Shown: positions 49,476 to 62,589 of the stretch, one piece after another
How positions within the stretch are numbered: the stretch's first letter is position 1
Layout of the letters: each line of letters opens with the position of its first letter
DNA from: Psilocybe cubensis
Taxonomy: Eukaryota
NCBI GenBank assembly: GCA_017499595.2
Contig: CM039005.1
Location: 2,418,001 to 2,482,000, forward strand
Direction of reading: 5' to 3'
Length of the DNA stretch: 64,000 nucleotides
Notes under the pieces: generated by a model
Seen by the model: only the letters and a program-made list of their open reading frames with translations
Databases searched by the model: none
What the model was told of the DNA's origin: nothing
Made by a program: the position numbers and the translations under genes

Positions 49476-52400
49476 TAATGCAGATCCACCCGTCCCCCCC
49501 ACTGCGGCAGGGAAGGAGTGCCCGCATACCCCTCACTGTCCCAACTGTGGCAAGGCGCATGCTGCGTTTAATAGGGCTTGCTCTTATTGGCGCCATCGCT
49601 TCAACCCGGATTGGTTTGTCGAGGCCTATCGCCAGGTACGCAAGCGTGCTGCTCAACATCGTGGACTCCCTTTGACCTGCACTTCCTAGAATGAGTCAAA
49701 CCGTTCCTGAACTGCCAGTTAGAATAGTCTGTTTCAATTGCGCCAAGTCTGCTCTTAGCGTAGAAACTATCCTCAAGCGCTGTAATAATATGTACAACGT
49801 TCTGTTTATCCAAAAGCCTCCGTGGCGTATTGTCCGCACTGCACCCTCTACTATTAGTAAGAAAGGTGATGATGTTATCGGCACACCCCTGCACTCTGCG
49901 TGGTTGCCAATAGTGCACCTACCTGAACCAGGTACGCGCCCGCGTGTTATGGCCTATGTGTCTAACCGTTTGAGTGTGTACCATCCCTCCATGCGTCGTG
50001 ACCTTATCAACCATTGCAATGTCCTCATCCTGACTCTCTTCTCTCATGGGGAGTCTTATAACCTTATGAACGTCTACTCAGACAATACCCATACCGCCAT
50101 CAACCACTTGAAAGGGATGGCTCCTGCTCTACCCCCCTTCATATACATGGGGGGGACTTCAATTGCTACTCATTGGAATAGGATCTTGGGTTTACCGGGC
50201 ATCTGGCGAGCGCTACTGACCTCACCTCCTTGGCTGCGGAGATTGGGTTGCAACGGGCGTCATTTGTGAACCCGGGGCCGACCCACTTCCCGCGCATCGT
50301 GGGAAATCGCGCTAGCGTGATTGACCTCGTCTTTGTGCCTCCGAACCAGCTCCTGACTTCACAGGCGTTCCGGGTGCACGACTACATAGGGGAGTCAGAC
50401 CATGTTCCAATTGCCACCACACTTTCTGTTTTGCGCGACACTGGGGCTATCCCACGCCGCGCGATGAAACCTGATGAAGGGACCTTTGGCCTCTTCATCT
50501 AGCATATTGAGACAGGCCTTAGGTGCATCGACGCCGAGCTCCCCCTTGAAACTCCTGACCAGATCGACGCGGTGGCACAAGCTGTTGTCGACATCCTTTC
50601 TAGTGCATGGGATTCATGCTCTAGAGAGGTCACCATTGTCCGCCGCTCTAAGAAGTGGTGGAACAACAGCTGCGCTGTCGCCCTCCAGTTGTGGCGTGCT
50701 ACCGGCACACCGGAAGACTGGAAAACCTTTTGCAAAGCCTGCAAGGATGCGAAGCGCAAGTTCTTCAATACCCGTATATCAGAGATCTCCGAAGTCAACA
50801 AGCGCGCCTAGGACCTCATGTCTTGGGTACAGCAGCGCAAGTTACCCCCGTGTGAGGCTATTCAATATAACGGAGAGCCCTGCCACGAACTCCCTCAACT
50901 GTGGGATGCTTTGCATAACACGTACAACTCCGCCTCGGACAGGGCCGTCAATATCTCTGCCCTTGACGCCGTCGCCGATCTCCCTGTTCAGGAGTAGGTT
51001 CCCTTCTCTATATTGGAGCTTGAGGAGGCTCTCTCTTCCTGTTCCAATGTATCGGCCCCTGGGCTGGACCATGTTAAATGGTCTCATCTCAAGGCCTTGG
51101 TCAAGGGACATTCCCCGGCCAGGCACATCTTTCTTTGCTTGGCCAACGCCTGCCTCTCTGTTGGGCACTGGCCAAAGCACTTCAAAGAGAGCCTGTCGGT
51201 TATCATTCCAAAACCAAACAAGCCATCCTATTCCGCGCCAAAGGCCTTTAGGCCTATCGTGTTGCTCAACACAATTGGCAAACTGATTGAAAAGATGCTT
51301 TCCAATTGCATCCAGTTCGACGGCGTTGCCTCCAACGTCTTCCATCCTAATCAGATCGGCGGGATTAGGCAGCGGTCCACCAAAGACTCCGGGCTCATCT
51401 TGACGCACATGGTGCACGCGGGGTGGGCCAAGGGACTCAAGACTAGTGTCATTGCTTTTGACGTCGCTCAGTTCTTTCCATCTCTTAACCATGAAGTTCT
51501 TCTGGCTGTTATGCGCAAGCTGGGATTCAGTAATAACCTCATTGTGTTCTTTGCTAGCTATCTGGTCAGTCGCTTCACGCAGTACGCGTGGGGTGAGTTT
51601 GTCTCTCCTCTTTGTCAGGCGGATGTTGGGGTGGGCCAGGGCTCTGTGCTCTCGCTTGTCCTTTCTGCCCTATACCTGGTCTTCATCATGAGGCTATTTG
51701 AGATGGACCCCCGCACCAGGGGGTGCTTCTTGTTATCGTACGTCGACGATAGCACCCTAGTGGTGCAGTCGGCCTCCCTTTGCACCAATGTAGAGACGCT
51801 CCGGCGTGCCTACACTATCATCTTTGACCTTTTTACAAAGTTTGGTCTTGCCCTCAAGCATGACAAGTCTGAGGTCTTTCACTTCGACCGGTCACACTCT
51901 AAGGAGAATCCGTCCATCGATCTAGGGTTTGCCCCCTACACTGGTGCCACTCCTCTCAAGCCCAAGCCGTTTTGGCGGTACCTAGGCTTCTTCTTTGACC
52001 GTAAGCTGCTCTTCACAGAGCACGTCCGGTTCTACTCCACCAAGGCACTCTCTACCGTCAAGGCTATAAAGATGCTTGGGTCCTCCACTCACAGCCTCTC
52101 TCCTGAACACAAGAGGATGCTCTACCGTGCATGCGTGCTTCCCATTGTTATGTATGGCTATCGTCTGTGGTTCTTCAAGGCCGCCCGCTATAAGGGGGCC
52201 CTTCACCACCTCGCTTCTATGCAGCGCCAAGCTGCTCTCTAGATTACTGGCGCTTTTCGCACCTCTCCCTCTGGCGGGGTTGAAGCTTTTGCAGGGCTTC
52301 CTCCGATCTACCTTCTCCTGCGGTGTCTTTTGGAGCGGATGGACATACGTCTGTCCACTCTCACCGCTACCCATCCAGTCCGGGCTTTCCTTTCTGGTAG

Positions 52401-54081
52401 TAATCACGGTAACGCCGAACCCCACCCCATGTCGCTTGACGACCTGACAGTGCACGCCAAGACCCGTGGCATGCTTGCTGAAGCTGACACGGCTCTATTC
52501 ACCATAAAGAAGATTATGCTCCCCATGAACCCGTCCTCACGGCCGGGCTACCAACTCCTAGACCGCTTTAGGGATAGGGTCCACTTTGACAACTGGTCCT
52601 TGGACCTTGGTAACCCCGAGTCTGAGCCCAAGCGCCGCACTCACCTCAACAACCTAATGATTCAACTTCAGATGGGTTGGGAGGGTCAGTATTATGCAGG
52701 GACAGATTCCAGTCTGCCCCTGACTGGACGGCACCAGGCTATCGCCTCTGTCGTCCTTTTCCGCGGCCATGACAAGGTCAGTCGATCTCGGTGGGCTGCC
52801 GGCCGCGTTCTTGCCCCTGATGCGGAACTTATGGCCATTTGTTACGCAGTCGTCTTGGCATTGTCCAACGAGGATTGCAAGCAATTCTATGTCTTCACTA
52901 ACTCAATGGCATTGGCCAGGTGGGCGGTGGATCCTTCCATTCACTCCGGGCAGGGGCATTCCGTCACTATCTGCCAGACACTTGAAAGGTGGTTTGAGGA
53001 TAAACCACTCTCGCAAATCACGTTTGTGTACATCTCCTCCCGTTGGAAGTGGGGTGTACACAATGTGGCACACGTTTATGCCACCGAGTTGCAAGTTCCT
53101 TTGGACCGCAACCTGATGACATCATATGATAGCCTCCGTTGGGAGGCTGTCATTTGTCGCTCGGACCTCTGGAATAACCTCTTCTAGAGCGCCAAATATT
53201 GCGGGCGCAATTTTCTTGTGCTCGACGGCTTAGATGGAAAGCCAATCCTACCAGGTAGAAAGGACAAGTCTGCCTGGCTGTCTTCTATGTCATACGGCTT
53301 CCAACTGTACGCGCGCTTGTGCAGGTGTATACTGAATCATGCGCCCATCGGCTTGTACTACAACCGGTTTAACATACAGGAGGATACCTCCTGCCCGTGT
53401 GGGTCTCCTTGGGAGATATGCTCTCACATCTTCAGGTGCGGTAAGACATACCGCCCCCCGATGTCCTGCAAGTTACGCACACCCACAACTATTGCGTACT
53501 TGATTGGTTTCCTGCTGGCAAACCCCAAGGCGTTTGCCTTCCGCTTGGCCCCAAGAGGGGTTGGGTGATTATGTTCTGTAGGGATGGGTGGGTTGGCAAG
53601 GGCCAATCACCCACTAGGCTCGTGGTGTATTTGTGTGTGGAACTGTGGTTCGCCCCAGCTGTTCGCTGCAGCTGCTGGCTTCGGCTATGCCTTCCTACGG
53701 GACCTGGCTCGCGTTATTGATAGCGTGGATTATGCAATGAACCAGGGAGAGTCGGTACCACTGGCCTGTCCGTTCCTTTTGGACCATTCGGAATGCCCTG
53801 GCCTATGCCGGGCATCCTACCCCAGGTGCGTGGCATTGGCTGTACTCCTTATTTTGTGAGAGGTGCCTGTCGCCTTTGGCGGCGGGCGGTTGACGTCACA
53901 TACTCCCGATTTTCCTTCTTGGCCCAATTTTCTTGATTACTTAGTTGCTGGTTTTGAACGGTCTCTTAGTAGCTTAGGCAAACAGTCTCTTAGTAGCTAC
54001 CGCATTTGTACTAATGGAAGACTGGACTGCTATCGCGCACCAGTATATAAATCGTTGATTAAAAAAAAAAAAAAAAAAAAA
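49476..54081 (+). mobile_element. 5'-truncated Tad-like LINE (non-LTR retrotransposon)
   Basis: 15-bp TSD AGTCCAAAC(T/C)AGTGT at 49461-49475 and 54082-54096; 3' poly(A) 54061-54081; end of ORF1 with CPNC..H...C knuckle. Confidence 0.93.
49691..53568 (+). pseudogene. LINE ORF2: AP endonuclease, RT, RNase H and C-terminal Cys/His motif; disrupted
   Basis: LFIQKP, NVYS, GESDHVP (APE); FRPIVLLNTIGK, GVGQGS, YVDD (RT); GTDSS..DAEL (RNase H); CPCG...H..C; several W/Q>stop changes and a frameshift near 50155. Confidence 0.92.
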
Positions 54082-54279
54082 AGTCCAAACCAGTGTATAG
54101 ACTGATAAATATTATGTATCTAGTCTATGGTGCATTCAGCTTGAGTGAGTGAATGAGAAAATGATTGCATGCGGAAAGGTTTGGATGCAAAAATATAATG
54201 GATTTTTGTTGCCAAATCTCTCTTGCGAGGGGACAACCCAACAGACACATGAGGTATTGGCAAGGGTGTATGCCCAGGC

Positions 54280-56070
54280 TCAAGCCACCGGGATAGCCCA
54301 GAGAAAAGCCAGCAGATTGGGAGCTGGGAGAGGTGCCAGGGCCAGATAAAGACAAGATGAAAGGTGGAGGGTGTGGTCTAAAGGTGTATCAATATATAGC
54401 TTGTAACAATCACTGCACCAGTAAATTTCAAAGTCTGAGTAGCCTGCACATGCAGCAGAAGTTGCTGCCCCGCGCCTAAAGCTGTGACTGGAGTATTTAG
54501 ATTCATCAAGCCCTATGGCGGCTAGACAGCGCTTCAAGATTAAAATGAAGGATTGATGCAAAAGTGGAGCATCAAGGGCATCAGCAAATAATAGGGCAGT
54601 AGGCTCACGTGGGTCAGCCAGAAACAATGCCTGAAGTGCAGTTACCGGACAGGTGATGGAGCCTTTAGGCACCTGTGCGATTAAAATTGTGACACCCAAA
54701 CAAAAGGAATTGGTCTTGGATGCAGGGAGTGTGAGGCGGATATGGGTGGGATCAGCAATGGAGGAAACAAATTTGACGGCGGAGCGGGATAAATGTACAG
54801 CTGGATTAAATTTAGTTTTGTTAGGGACAGTAAATTTGCCACAGCACAGAAAGCCTGCCCACGCAAGCTTTGTGGCAGCATCAAATTCAGATTATCTAAC
54901 AGAAAGAGATTGCCGGAGACTCCAGCAAGGCGCTGTAAGATATTGAGGGTAATGGGGAGTTTGGGTATGTGATTTTTGGGAGACAAGCCTGCATCGACAT
55001 GGAGAGAACAAAGACCTGATAGGTAGAATCTAATTGTGGTGTACTTGAGCCCTCTATTGGCGAGCAAGGCCATTCCATTCTGCGACAGCAATTGGGTTGG
55101 CAGGGAGGAATATTCCTGGTTGTGCTTGATACTTTGGGTTGAGTGTGACGAAATCAAGGTAGCTCTTCTGACCTGTGGAGTAGGTTTTTTGAGTACTAGA
55201 AGCAAGGCCATGCCAGAGGTAAAAGGCGGCTCTACGAGAGAATTCAGTATGTGTTTTATACCAATAATCCAGGACTTTGTTGATGAGGATTCTTTTTCTA
55301 GCGTCAGCCTGAGTTGAAACATGCGACTATACTGGAAACAAGAAGCGGCGTCAGCAATCACCTTTTGAGCAGTAGGAATCCAGATACAAGAGAAAAAAAA
55401 ATTGAGATGCGCTGCCAACATGAAGATCATCCTGATTAAAGGCATTGATGCAACGGAGTGGCCTGTGCCAGAAGACAACCATTCCACCACCAATTCATTA
55501 TTGACACAAAACACAATGTGATGACCAAACCAGAGATTGCCCCAATGCAGTACTGCCTGCAAGACTGCTAGAGCTTCCTTGAATTGGATATCGCGTGGAC
55601 GCCAGTGCTGTGGACAGCAAGCTGAGAACCACTTGTCATTGAAATGACCCCCCAATCCTTTGGTACCACTAGCGTCTGTATAGACAGAGACTTCAGGCTT
55701 TGATGGGGACAAAAAGCGGATGCTGTTCTATGGCAGGCAGTAAACTGACCACCAATAGATATTAGCATGCACTCCTTTAGGCACATAGCGGCATTGAAAT
55801 AAAGAGGAGAAAATTATTGAAAAATCAATGATGCGACGGATAAAGGTACAAGAATAGGGAATCACTTGCAAAGCAAATTGCAAGTAACCCGCCAGTTCTT
55901 GCACTTCCCGTAACGACACAACCTTCTTATTGTGCCACAAAGCAAGTAGCTTGTGAAGAAACACAATTTTGTCATGAGGAAGATGGGCTTCTATCTTGAC
56001 TGAATCAAGTTCTATCCCAAGAAACTTGATTGACATAGACAGCCAAATGGTTTTAGCACCTTGAAGCTCC
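54280..56070 (-). mobile_element. DIRS/Ngaro-type tyrosine-recombinase retroelement remnant (RT end, RNase H, YR)
   Basis: FLGIELDS (RT), VYTDASG...DIQFKEALAV (DIRS-type RNase H), SKTNSF..G and HSFRRGAAT (tyrosine recombinase), in overlapping frames; frameshifted. Confidence 0.85.
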
Positions 56071-56787
56071 TCCAGAGTGCCTCTGAGGTAGCGGAATAAA
56101 TATTTAACCGCAGCCCAATGCTTAGGCCTAGGATTGGAGTTGAAGCATGCCAAATAGGACACAGTAAAAGCAATGTCAGGACGGGTCATGGTGGCTAGAT
56201 ACTGCAAGGAGCCAACTGCATTGAGGTAGGGAACATTTCACATAAATTCCACCTTCTCTCCATTCTGAGGTCCATCTGCCTTGGACAGAATAGTGCCCAC
56301 AACCATAGGTGTTTTGACCGGATTAGAATCAGTCATGCTATATATATCAAGCATATCGAGGATATACTGACGCTGATGCAAGGAAATGGTTTTAGCAGCC
56401 ATATTTCGCTCAATGGCAACACCAAGTAAATACTGTGTAGGACCCAGATCATGGAGTTTAAAACGCGCAGCTAGCTGCTTAACAGCTCTATCTATGGCGG
56501 CGTCTGATTTGGAGGCAAAGGTGATGTCATCAATGTAAATGGGAACAATAATTTTCACATCTCCATCTGAATAGATGTAGACAGAGCGATCTGATTCTAT
56601 ACACTTGAACCCCATATCTGACAATGCCTCATGCAACTTGAGGTTCCATTGACGTGCAGACTGCTTAAGACCATAGAGCGACTTTTTGAGCTTCAAAACC
56701 ATGTTAGGACCACCTTGGTGAAATCCTTCAGGTTGTAACATGTAAAGCTCCTCGTCTAGGTCACCTTTAGTGAAAGCAGCTATAATA
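56071..56787 (-). pseudogene. Internal RT fragment of the resident Copia family
   Basis: Near-identical to 27614-28330. Confidence 0.93.
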
Positions 56788-58391
56788 CAGTGGGCAAAAA
56801 AACCGTTTGAGTGTTGGTCACGTATGAAAAGATTAATTTATAACTTTGAAATTAAAAATATTAAAAATATGAGATTATTCACAGGTATACTAGAGGGTAT
56901 TAGCTAAAGGATGGCACACTGATCATGTGATTTTTCCAAGAATTGACCAAACAGGAGCATATACAGTTTGCTAAGTCATTTGAACAGTTTTTTTGCTAAA
57001 CACTTGAGTATCAATAAATCATATCTACTAGTACTTTGTATGTCCACCCTTAGCCTTAATCACTGCTGCAGACCTTCTAGGCATGCTAGCAATCAAATTC
57101 TGCACCACTTTCTTGGGTATTCCATTCCATTCTTTCTCAACCCTCTCCCAAAGTTCATGGATACCCTTTGGTGGGACTTTATGTTCATTAAGTCTTCTTT
57201 TGAGGTATTCCCATAGATGTTCAATGGGGTTGAGATCTGGAGATTGTGCAGGCCATATGAGGACTCTAAAATTCTGCTCTTCAAACCATTTCTTGGCCAA
57301 TTTTGAGGTGTGCTTGGGGTCATTATCTTGCTGAAAGTGGATATCTTCTACCTGTTGACCATACCACTCCAAGGATTTTAGGAGCTCATCACCTAGGATC
57401 TCAGTGTATAACTGAGCATCCATCTTCCCATCAATTCTAGTGGCAAATCCAATTCCTTCTCATCCCATACAACCCCACATCATCAAGTTTCCTCCTCCAA
57501 ACTTCACAGTTTGCTTGATCCTCCTGGGGTCCTATCTGTTTTCCTTGTCTATCCACACCTGATCTCTGCCATCTGAACCCAATCTGTTGATTTTGGTCTC
57601 ATCTGACCACCAGACCCTTGCCCAGTCATCCACAGTCCACTCCAAGTGCCTTTCTGCAAACTCTAATCTAGCCCTCCTATGCTTTTTTGATAACAAAGGC
57701 TTCTTTTGTTTTGCCACTGAGACCATGCCAGTTGATTTGAGTGCATTCCTAACTATTTGAAGACTGATATTCTGGCCATTAATAGTAGCCAGAGACTTGG
57801 CAGCTTGCACAGCATTCTTGATTTGTCCAGTTTGAATTCCACGCTTGGTATAGGTGATATTGGCACCAGTCAGCTTCTTTGGGCGTCCTCCATGGGAAAC
57901 CACTGCTTCAGGACAGTAGTCTTGGCAAATCTTGGTGATAGAACCAGTACTAGCTCCAGTCTGGGCCTTGATAGAGGCATAGGAGTGACCAGAAGTAAGA
58001 AGAGAGACAATAGTAGCAATGGTTGCTTTAGAGAGGGGTTTCATGCTTGATTGGGGGGATAAAGAGGTTGGTTGTAGCTATTATATACCTATTCAACATG
58101 TAGTCACATGATTTTATTGATAGTTGTTTGGTATATCAACAAAGTCATGTGATAATACATAGTTATAGCATTTAAATTACTAGCAAAAAAACTGTTCGAA
58201 TGACTTAGCAAATTGTGTATGCTGCTGTTTGGTCAATTCTTGGACAAATCACATGATCAGTGTGTCATCCTTTAGCTAACACCATATAGTATACCTGTGA
58301 ATAATCTCATATTTTTAACATTTTTAATTTCAAAGTTATAAATTAATCTTTTTATACGTGACCAACACTCGAACGGTTTTTTTGCCCACTG
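56788..58391 (-). mobile_element. Tc1/mariner DNA transposon, copy 2 (transposase pseudogene 57028-58044)
   Basis: Same TIRs, TA flanks and the same two premature stops as copy 1. Confidence 0.95.
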
Positions 58392-59390
58392 TAAGTCAGC
58401 ACCCCAGAAGTTGCGCGACATAAGTCAGCTCAGCAGAGGGGACAGGTCCTAAGGCCGAAGGGCAGGGGGAACCGGTGGCGTGGGTGTGCTTGATGATTGT
58501 TGATGTTGAAGGTCAGGACACGTTGGAGGCCATGGGTAAGGCCCCAGACAAACAAATGTCAACATTGCAGTCAGAGGCATTGGCCGTCAGAGGCGGCTGG
58601 TAAGGCTCTAGACAAACAAACGTCAACATTGTTGTTCTAACCAAAATATTCTAAGTCCTCTTCTTCCTATAACCCATTACTCCATTCCTTTCTCTTACCC
58701 CCTTCCTTAGGCTGACTTATGTTGCCTATTCGTGTTCTCTACATTATGGCTGACTTATGTCACTTTTTGATCACGGTCTGACTTATGTCAACCATGATTA
58801 TCTTCAACTTACCAGGCTCTCTCAATCTTGGATCCCCGCCTCTTACTTTTTTTCCGCGTCGGACACCCCATTACAAGCCGACAACAATTTTTCAAAGAAG
58901 AACCGACCAGACAATCTTTGCTGGAAGGATTACACCGGGTTGGTATTCTTTACTGGTATTCCATTCACGTTTTCTAGCTTATGCTGTCTATGCTAGTCTA
59001 CTACATTTGATCTTATGAAAGACTTGCAATTCTATTCTATGTCTTGCCAATATCACGGTAAAGTTGTTTACTAAACAATGATAAACAAATAGACCCTTGG
59101 TTGATTGCAATCCAGGACGTGGGAAACTATGTTACACTTCTTGATATTAATCTCAACCCCACGCCTTTCATTGTCCTCCCATAACCAGCCCTCCCATTGT
59201 CAGTCGTCCCATCTCTATCTCTCTCCAGCAACCTTTGCCAATTTTTTAAACAATGTGAGTGGCATTCAACAATATAACCAGGCTGACTTATGTCGCCACA
59301 CTACGATCTCAGCTGATTTATGTTGCCAAGGCCATCCCACCAGCTGACTTATGTCGCTGATGTCATTCTACCAGCTGACTTGTGTTGCTG
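58392..59390. repeat. Dispersed array of the GCTGACTTATGT(C/T)GC motif, left part
   Basis: About 9 copies: reverse near 58392 and 58416; forward near 58711, 58749, 58778, 59282, 59312, 59343 and 59374. Confidence 0.8.
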
Positions 59391-59398
59391 GAGGGGTT

Positions 59399-62300
59399 CC
59401 TACCACTTATATGATAAAATAGGACAAAAAGCCCAAAAACCGTCTATAGTATGCTTATGGCTTTATAATATGATGCAATATGGCAAATGTGCTATCTCTA
59501 TCATAATGATTTAGGCTTGCTATATCATTATTTTGCCACTAATATATGATGTACATCATTCCAATCTATATCATATTAAATTGCTCTGCTTCTGCATCAT
59601 AAATTCTATTGCTTCTGCATCATATATTCTGCTGGTTCTATATCATAGATTGCACAGTTTCTGCATCATAAATTCTACTGATTCTTCATCATAAATTTCA
59701 CTGCTTCTACATCATAAATTCTGCCACTTCTATATCATAAATCTCACTGTTTCTGTATCATAAATTTCACTGCTTTTGCATCATAAAATTCTGCTGGTTC
59801 TACATCATAAATTCTGCTGGTTCTATATTATACTTGTTCTGGATTACTTAATTCTATCCATATGTGGATGATTCTGATGTGACATCATTGATCTAATCAG
59901 AATTAGGCTTTGGGCCATCATTGATGGACATGACATCAAGCTCAATTAGGGTTCTGGGCCTTTCCCTTTGCCTTGGCCCCTGGCTCTATAAATAGTGCTC
60001 ATCCTATGCTACTTTTGTGCATTGCTGGCAATGGATTGGGCGCTTTTGGGGGCATTCTGGACCGTTTCTCTTGGTCTTTTTTAGTAGACCTATAGTTTTA
60101 AAGTGTCCCATTCCGAATCTGAAATCAGAATTGCAATATCTTTACTCATTATCGTGCAATTAAGCGTACAATGTTTTGGTCAAAAAGTGCACCTTGAATA
60201 GCACCTTTCAGGGGTTGTTATGCACCCTTCTGACTATGCCATTATTTTTTATTTATGTTAGGCGGAGTGCATGCCAAGTTTCAACTTAATTAGAGCAGTA
60301 GAACCTATTGAACTATAATATGCACCCTACCCCTCCTCCTACCCCTTGTATAAATGCCTTACTGATTAGATAAATTCAGGCCCAGCTAGGGCTGAGTAGG
60401 CATCTATTTTAACAATTTTCAGAAGCCATAATGTTGGTTTAACTCTAAGATTTAAGGGTACTACCCCCATCTCCCTCCAGAACTTGTGTATTTTATTATG
60501 GGATAGGATGGGCTCTCAAACCATTGAAAAACATGTATATCTACTACTAACAGTACATAGAGTCCAAAATTTACCCTTGAAAGCCCTCTTCAACAAGAAA
60601 ACATACTGATTAAAGGGGGGGTATGAGGAGAGGTATGGTAGGTTATTGATCAGGCTATATCTCTACAAATACTTTGTCATAAATCATGTTCTTGACGTCT
60701 ACAGATACCTATAGGTGCCTCCTAAATATCATTCTCAGTTTCTAAAAAGACCCATCCATTAGATGAGATACTGCAGAGAGAATACCATTCTTCATCAAAA
60801 TGCACAGTATTTTTGCATTTACCATATATAAACATTCAAGATCAGGAAATATAAAAGCAGGATAGTATAGCCTCAAAATGCAGCTTTCCAGAACATCAAG
60901 GATGTTGTGCATCGGACAAGTGGTTGTTGAGATATGGAAAGAAAGGTGTTGAAGAACCCATCAGAGACCCGGATGGATATTGGCCTTTATTTATGCTTTG
61001 TTTGTGGTCACCTCTTTGGCCTTTCTCTGAGATACATTTTGACATATCTCAGCTCATACTCACCGGAATCCTATGATTCTATATACCACAGATATGTATA
61101 ATTTAGGCCTACACAGCTGTATAGTTTATGTATTTTATAAGTATTATTTTCCTCATCATATCTTGCATTTTCTCTATTTTTGGACAATAATGCTTATTCT
61201 TCTTGTACCATCTTGTGAAGTGTTCTGGTTGTTTAGTACCATGAATATAATATGTTGGGGACTTCAATAGCTAGCTGTGGATGTAAAGTATGTGCATTTT
61301 AGTGAAGTATAAGCAGTGATATGGTCATATTATGTTGCACATCAAATACCTACTTATTAGCCTCATAACCAAGGTGTTCTTCTTCATCCAGAATGTTTCA
61401 AAGATATGTATTATGTATATGCAACTCCTTAAAGCAGATTTACATACTTATATGTGGTGAAAATGGCCTATCTAGTCCATAATAAAATATGCAAAATATG
61501 GGGAGGATGGGGGGTAGTACCCTTAAATCTTAGAGTTAAACCAACATTATGGCTTCTGAAAATTGTTAAAATAGACGCCTACTCAGCCCTAGCTGGGCCT
61601 GAATTTATCTAATCAGTAAGGCATTTATACAAGGGGTAGGAGGAGGGGTAGGGTGCATATTATAGTTCAATAGGTTCTACTGCTCCAATTAAATTGAAAC
61701 TTGGCATGCACTCCGCCTAACATAAAATAAAAAATAATGGCATAGTCAGAAGGGTGCATAACAACCCCTGAAAGGTGCTATTCAAGGTGCACTTTTTGAC
61801 CAAAACATTGTACGCTTAATTGCACGATAATGAGTAAAGATATTGCAATTCTGATTTCAGATTCGGAATGGGACACTTTAAAACTATAGGTCTACTAAAA
61901 AAGACCAAGAGAAACGGTCCAGAATGCCCCCAAAAGCGCCCAATCCATTGCCAGCAATGCACAAAAGTAGCATAGGATGAGCACTATTTATAGAGCCAGG
62001 GGCCAAGGCAAAGGGAAAGGCCCAGAACCCTAATTGAGCTTGATGTCATGTCCATCAATGATGGCCCAAAGCCTAATTCTGATTAGATCAATGATGTCAC
62101 ATCAGAATCATCCACATATGGATAGAATTAAGTAATCCAGAACAAGTATAATATAGAACCAGCAGAATTTATGATGTAGAACCAGCAGAATTTTATGATG
62201 CAGAAGCAGTAAAATTTATGATACAGAAACAGTGAGATTTATGATATAGAAGTGGCAGAATTTATGATGTAGAAGCAGTGAAATTTATGATGAAGAATCA

Positions 62301-62583
62301 GTAGAATTTATGATGCAGAAGCTGTGAAATCTATGATATAGAACTAGCAGAATTTATGATGCAGAAGCAGCAGAATTTATGATGCAGAAGCAGCAGAATT
62401 CATGATGCAGAAATAGTAGAAGTTATGATATAGCTTTAAAATGTAATGATATAAACTAGAAGAATTATGATACAGCTTGAGGTTAGTATATATTAGGCCA
62501 CTAATGATGCACATCATTAAACCTTAAGCATACTACAGACGGTTTTAGGCTTTTTGTCCTGTTTTATCATATAAAGTGGTAGG
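59399..62583. mobile_element. Complete non-coding palindromic foldback element, copy D
   Basis: Termini CCTACCACT / AGTGGTAGG; arms of about 1.1 kb, near-identical over about 59660-60470 / 61508-62320; about 22-bp tandem units CTGCATCATAAATTCT.CTG.TT in the outer arms; degenerate symmetric centre; no TSD recognised. Confidence 0.85.
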
Positions 62584-62589
62584 GACTAG

